Of a DNA stretch of 39,529 nt, positions 37,401 to 39,529 are shown in pieces. The notes beneath the pieces are model-generated. The model made no database searches. It was not told the DNA's origin and worked only from the letters and a program-made list of their open reading frames with translations. Numbering within the stretch: the stretch's first letter is position 1; each line of letters starts with the position of its first letter. A program made the translations under genes and the position numbers. This DNA comes from a virus (taxonomy: Duplodnaviria > Caudoviricetes): positions 1 through 39,529 of IMG/VR virus record IMGVR_UViG_3300017774_004628. One strand, 5' to 3'.

Positions 37401-37562
37401 ATGGCACAGTTAGAACAGTTACAACAAGAATTAATAGACGTGCTTACTACTCAAGTAGTAGACCTTAGCATGATGTCCAAGATCGAACTCGGAGATGATG
37501 TGATCAAGGAAATAAAAAGACTTAATGAAGAAATAGACAAAGCAAAATGTATAAGTAAATGA
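37401..37562 (+). CDS. 53-aa hypothetical protein (not in the ORF track)
   Basis: Same 19-nt leader as 37058; MAQLEQLQQEL...MMSKIELGDDV. Confidence 0.6.
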   Translation: MAQLEQLQQELIDVLTTQVVDLSMMSKIELGDDVIKEIKRLNEEIDKAKCISK

Positions 37563-37587
37563 TTGTATTTATATAAAAACATACGAT

Positions 37588-38196
37588 ATGATAAATTTAA
37601 TGAGTCTGCTAAAAGAGTCTATAAGTACAACAGCTTGGTTCACCTCATTTTCCGAGGTGTCTCAATTCAAAGATCAACCTACATGGTTTACAACAGAATT
37701 GGAATATGCACAAGCCTATCATAACAATAGTGATTATGAAGGAAAATCAGTGCATACATACCAAGTGCAAGTATCAGGCAACATTTTGACTCAAGCCGAA
37801 GCCAAAAAATTGGCGACCAAGATAGGAGTAGATTGGGAACAAACAGTTACAGAACTCACATCGAATCCAACCACGCAAGAGAGACAGCAATTAGTCCAAC
37901 CATTTGTATCTTATTGTGATGGCTTCTTTCATTGGGATTATGATCCAAGAGATTGGGGTGATGGAGAATCCATGTTGGTGTTTAGTCCAAACAAAACAGT
38001 AACCATAGTAAAAGAAATGAATTTTACTGCTCAATCAAATCGAGTAGCAGAAGCTGTTGTCAATGGCAAAGTCATATGTGATAATTGCAAATGGAGTTGG
38101 GCTGTCAAAGATGGCACACAAGACGGGGAAACCAATCCATACTTGTGTCACAAATGCGATTATGATAATCGACCTGTAAAACCAAAGAAAAAGTAA
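37588..38196 (+). CDS. Putative ADP-ribosyltransferase-like protein with a C-terminal zinc ribbon
   Basis: WFTTELEYAQAY, CDG, ESMLVFSP; CDNC...CHKC; TATTTAT at 37566. Confidence 0.55.
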   Translation: MINLMSLLKESISTTAWFTSFSEVSQFKDQPTWFTTELEYAQAYHNNSDYEGKSVHTYQVQVSGNILTQAEAKKLATKIGVDWEQTVTELTSNPTTQERQQLVQPFVSYCDGFFHWDYDPRDWGDGESMLVFSPNKTVTIVKEMNFTAQSNRVAEAVVNGKVICDNCKWSWAVKDGTQDGETNPYLCHKCDYDNRPVKPKKK

Positions 38197-38198
38197 AT

Positions 38199-38585
38199 AT
38201 GAAAAAAGTATCTATCATAGTAGTCAGTCTACTCTTAGCACTCTTTAGTTATAGTCAAGACTATAATAGGGTAGTTAATATTACCAAAAGTGAATGGACA
38301 GGTGACACGTGGAAAGTGGTATCATCTAATAGACCAACGGACATGTTTGTTATTATTGATGAGTGGGACATTACAATTGGCACATACAAATTTAGGACAT
38401 ACGATACGCCAGATAAATCAACATACCAAGACCATGTATGTTATACTTGGAAGTGCGTTGATAAGGATGGCGATAAATGTTTTTTCTTGATGAAGAAATT
38501 TAGACCGGAAGTTAGTACGCATATGATGTACGCAATACTATACCCAGAGAATTTAGTTATGTACGAATACGAAACACTACAATAG
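38199..38585 (+). CDS. Secreted protein with a Sec signal peptide
   Basis: MKKVSIIVVSLLLALFSYS/Q; Gln at +1 is typical of Bacteroidota. Confidence 0.7.
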   Translation: MKKVSIIVVSLLLALFSYSQDYNRVVNITKSEWTGDTWKVVSSNRPTDMFVIIDEWDITIGTYKFRTYDTPDKSTYQDHVCYTWKCVDKDGDKCFFLMKKFRPEVSTHMMYAILYPENLVMYEYETLQ

Positions 38586-38591
38586 AAAGCC

Positions 38592-38933
38592 ATGTATAAC
38601 GAACAACAAGAATTATTTGATGAGGTGTATAGGCATTACCTAATGGAAGATGCTAAAATTTTACCTAATATGTCAAAGGAAAAAATGACTGAATTAGGGT
38701 ATGGATTATCACAAGAAGAGTTCATCAACAAATGTAAAACAGACCCGGAGTTCAGTGAAAAGTGGGGGTTAAAGATTGAGGAAAGGGAGTTGAGTCTGGA
38801 AGAAAGAAGAAAATTGGCTAATTATGATTCTGTATTTGTATCACCTATGACAGTTGAATCTTGGGATAGAAATAACATCCCAACCAAACTAATCACAATA
38901 ACAAAAATAACAAAAATAGAAAGTTATGAATAA
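38592..38933 (+). CDS. Tandem paralog family, copy A
   Basis: NEQQEL / FINKCKTDPEFSEKWGLKIEERELS / NIPTKLIT...IESYE. Confidence 0.8.
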   Translation: MYNEQQELFDEVYRHYLMEDAKILPNMSKEKMTELGYGLSQEEFINKCKTDPEFSEKWGLKIEERELSLEERRKLANYDSVFVSPMTVESWDRNNIPTKLITITKITKIESYE

Positions 38934-39123
38934 CGAACAACTAATTGGGAAAAAATTTGATTTAGATTTAGGTTCATTGGCACCTGTATCAATGATTGTT
39001 AAAGATGTAACAAAAGATAAGGTAATTGTTGAATACCTAAATTCTACACCTGGTAGGACAGAAGAATTTACTATATCTGATTTTGAATATTTTGCAATGA
39101 TTAAAATAAAACGCCATGAATAA
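38926..39123 (+). CDS. Unrelated 65-aa gene inserted in the array
   Basis: Shares only MNNEQ; flanked by ATGAATAACGAACAAC repeats. Confidence 0.7.
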   Translation: MNNEQLIGKKFDLDLGSLAPVSMIVKDVTKDKVIVEYLNSTPGRTEEFTISDFEYFAMIKIKRHE

Positions 39124-39463
39124 CGAACAACAAGAATTATTATATGAAGTATATGGAAAGGCACTCCTTGAGTTGGCATTTGATTGGTTACCGTATACAC
39201 CACCCAATCCACCATTAGATACGATAGAATCGTTCATCAACAAATGTAAAACCGACCCGGAGTTTAGTGAAAAGTGGGGACTAAAGATTGAGGAAAGGGA
39301 GTTGAGTACAGTAGAGCGAATGGAGTATTATGGTAAACATTATATGAAAGAAGGTGAGACCAAGTCATTTGATGATTTACTCAAAGTTGATTATGTCGGG
39401 TTAAATATCCCAACCAAACTAATCACAACAACAAAAATAACAAAAATAGAAAGTTATGAATAA
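39116..39463 (+). CDS. Tandem paralog family, copy C
   Basis: Same three constant blocks as copy A. Confidence 0.8.
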   Translation: MNNEQQELLYEVYGKALLELAFDWLPYTPPNPPLDTIESFINKCKTDPEFSEKWGLKIEERELSTVERMEYYGKHYMKEGETKSFDDLLKVDYVGLNIPTKLITTTKITKIESYE

Positions 39464-39529
39464 CGAACAACAAGAATTATTGGATGAGTCGTATGAGAAG
39501 TATTACGCCACTTTAATAGATTCAATTAC
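39456..39529 (+). CDS. Tandem paralog family, copy D (truncated by the window edge)
   Basis: MNNEQQELLDESYEKYY... Confidence 0.75.
   Translation, partial: MNNEQQELLDESYEKYYATLIDSI

Larger units (their letters stand above)
38581..39480 (+). repeat. Interspersed direct repeats: four start-junction motifs, two 76-bp blocks and two 65-bp blocks
   Basis: 38720-38795 vs 39232-39307 (4 mismatches); 38877-38941 vs 39407-39471 (1 mismatch). Confidence 0.9.

Noticed and set aside
38290-38490. + strand 66-aa ORF
   Set aside because: Nested out of frame within the signal-peptide gene 38199-38585
3770-39243. All minus-strand ORFs in the track (e.g. 4464, 8294, 13955, 18217, 28945, 33362, 38889)
   Set aside because: Short antisense shadows of well-supported + strand genes with no recognisable motifs
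38592-39529. Terminal repeats as a DGR TR/VR pair or CRISPR
   Set aside because: Mismatches are few and not adenine-specific, variable parts differ in length, all parts are coding, and no RT or cas gene is in the window
1-39529. Alternative genetic code (TAG or TGA recoding)
   Set aside because: Recognisable genes are full length under the standard code, and TAG/TGA stops are followed closely by new starts

Overview
AT-rich segment with every credible gene on the + strand, most likely from a large (jumbo-type) tailed phage of a Bacteroidota host. The host inference rests on Shine-Dalgarno-less A-rich leaders, TAnnTTT-type promoter motifs, a Gln+1 signal peptide and a Fib_succ_major-like domain. 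Positions 1-12.7 kb hold an operon-like glycan cluster: a nucleotidyltransferase-HAD-kinase fusion, a C-methyltransferase, GT2/GT10/GT-A glycosyltransferases, RmlB, a split minimal transketolase, two SDRs and FkbM. From 12.7 to 28.7 kb are arrays of short genes headed by a three-copy ~139-bp promoter module with palindromic operator-like sites; these include GP88-like, metallophosphoesterase, HTH, DUF3846, thioredoxin and holin-like genes. From 28.7 to 32.7 kb is a fibre/LamG/Fib_succ_major structural trio, followed by UvsE and more small genes. The window ends in a tandem paralog array made of near-identical constant blocks alternating with unrelated variable blocks. I saw no tRNA, rRNA, CRISPR array, integrase or reverse transcriptase. 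All family assignments come from motif recognition by eye, not from database searches.
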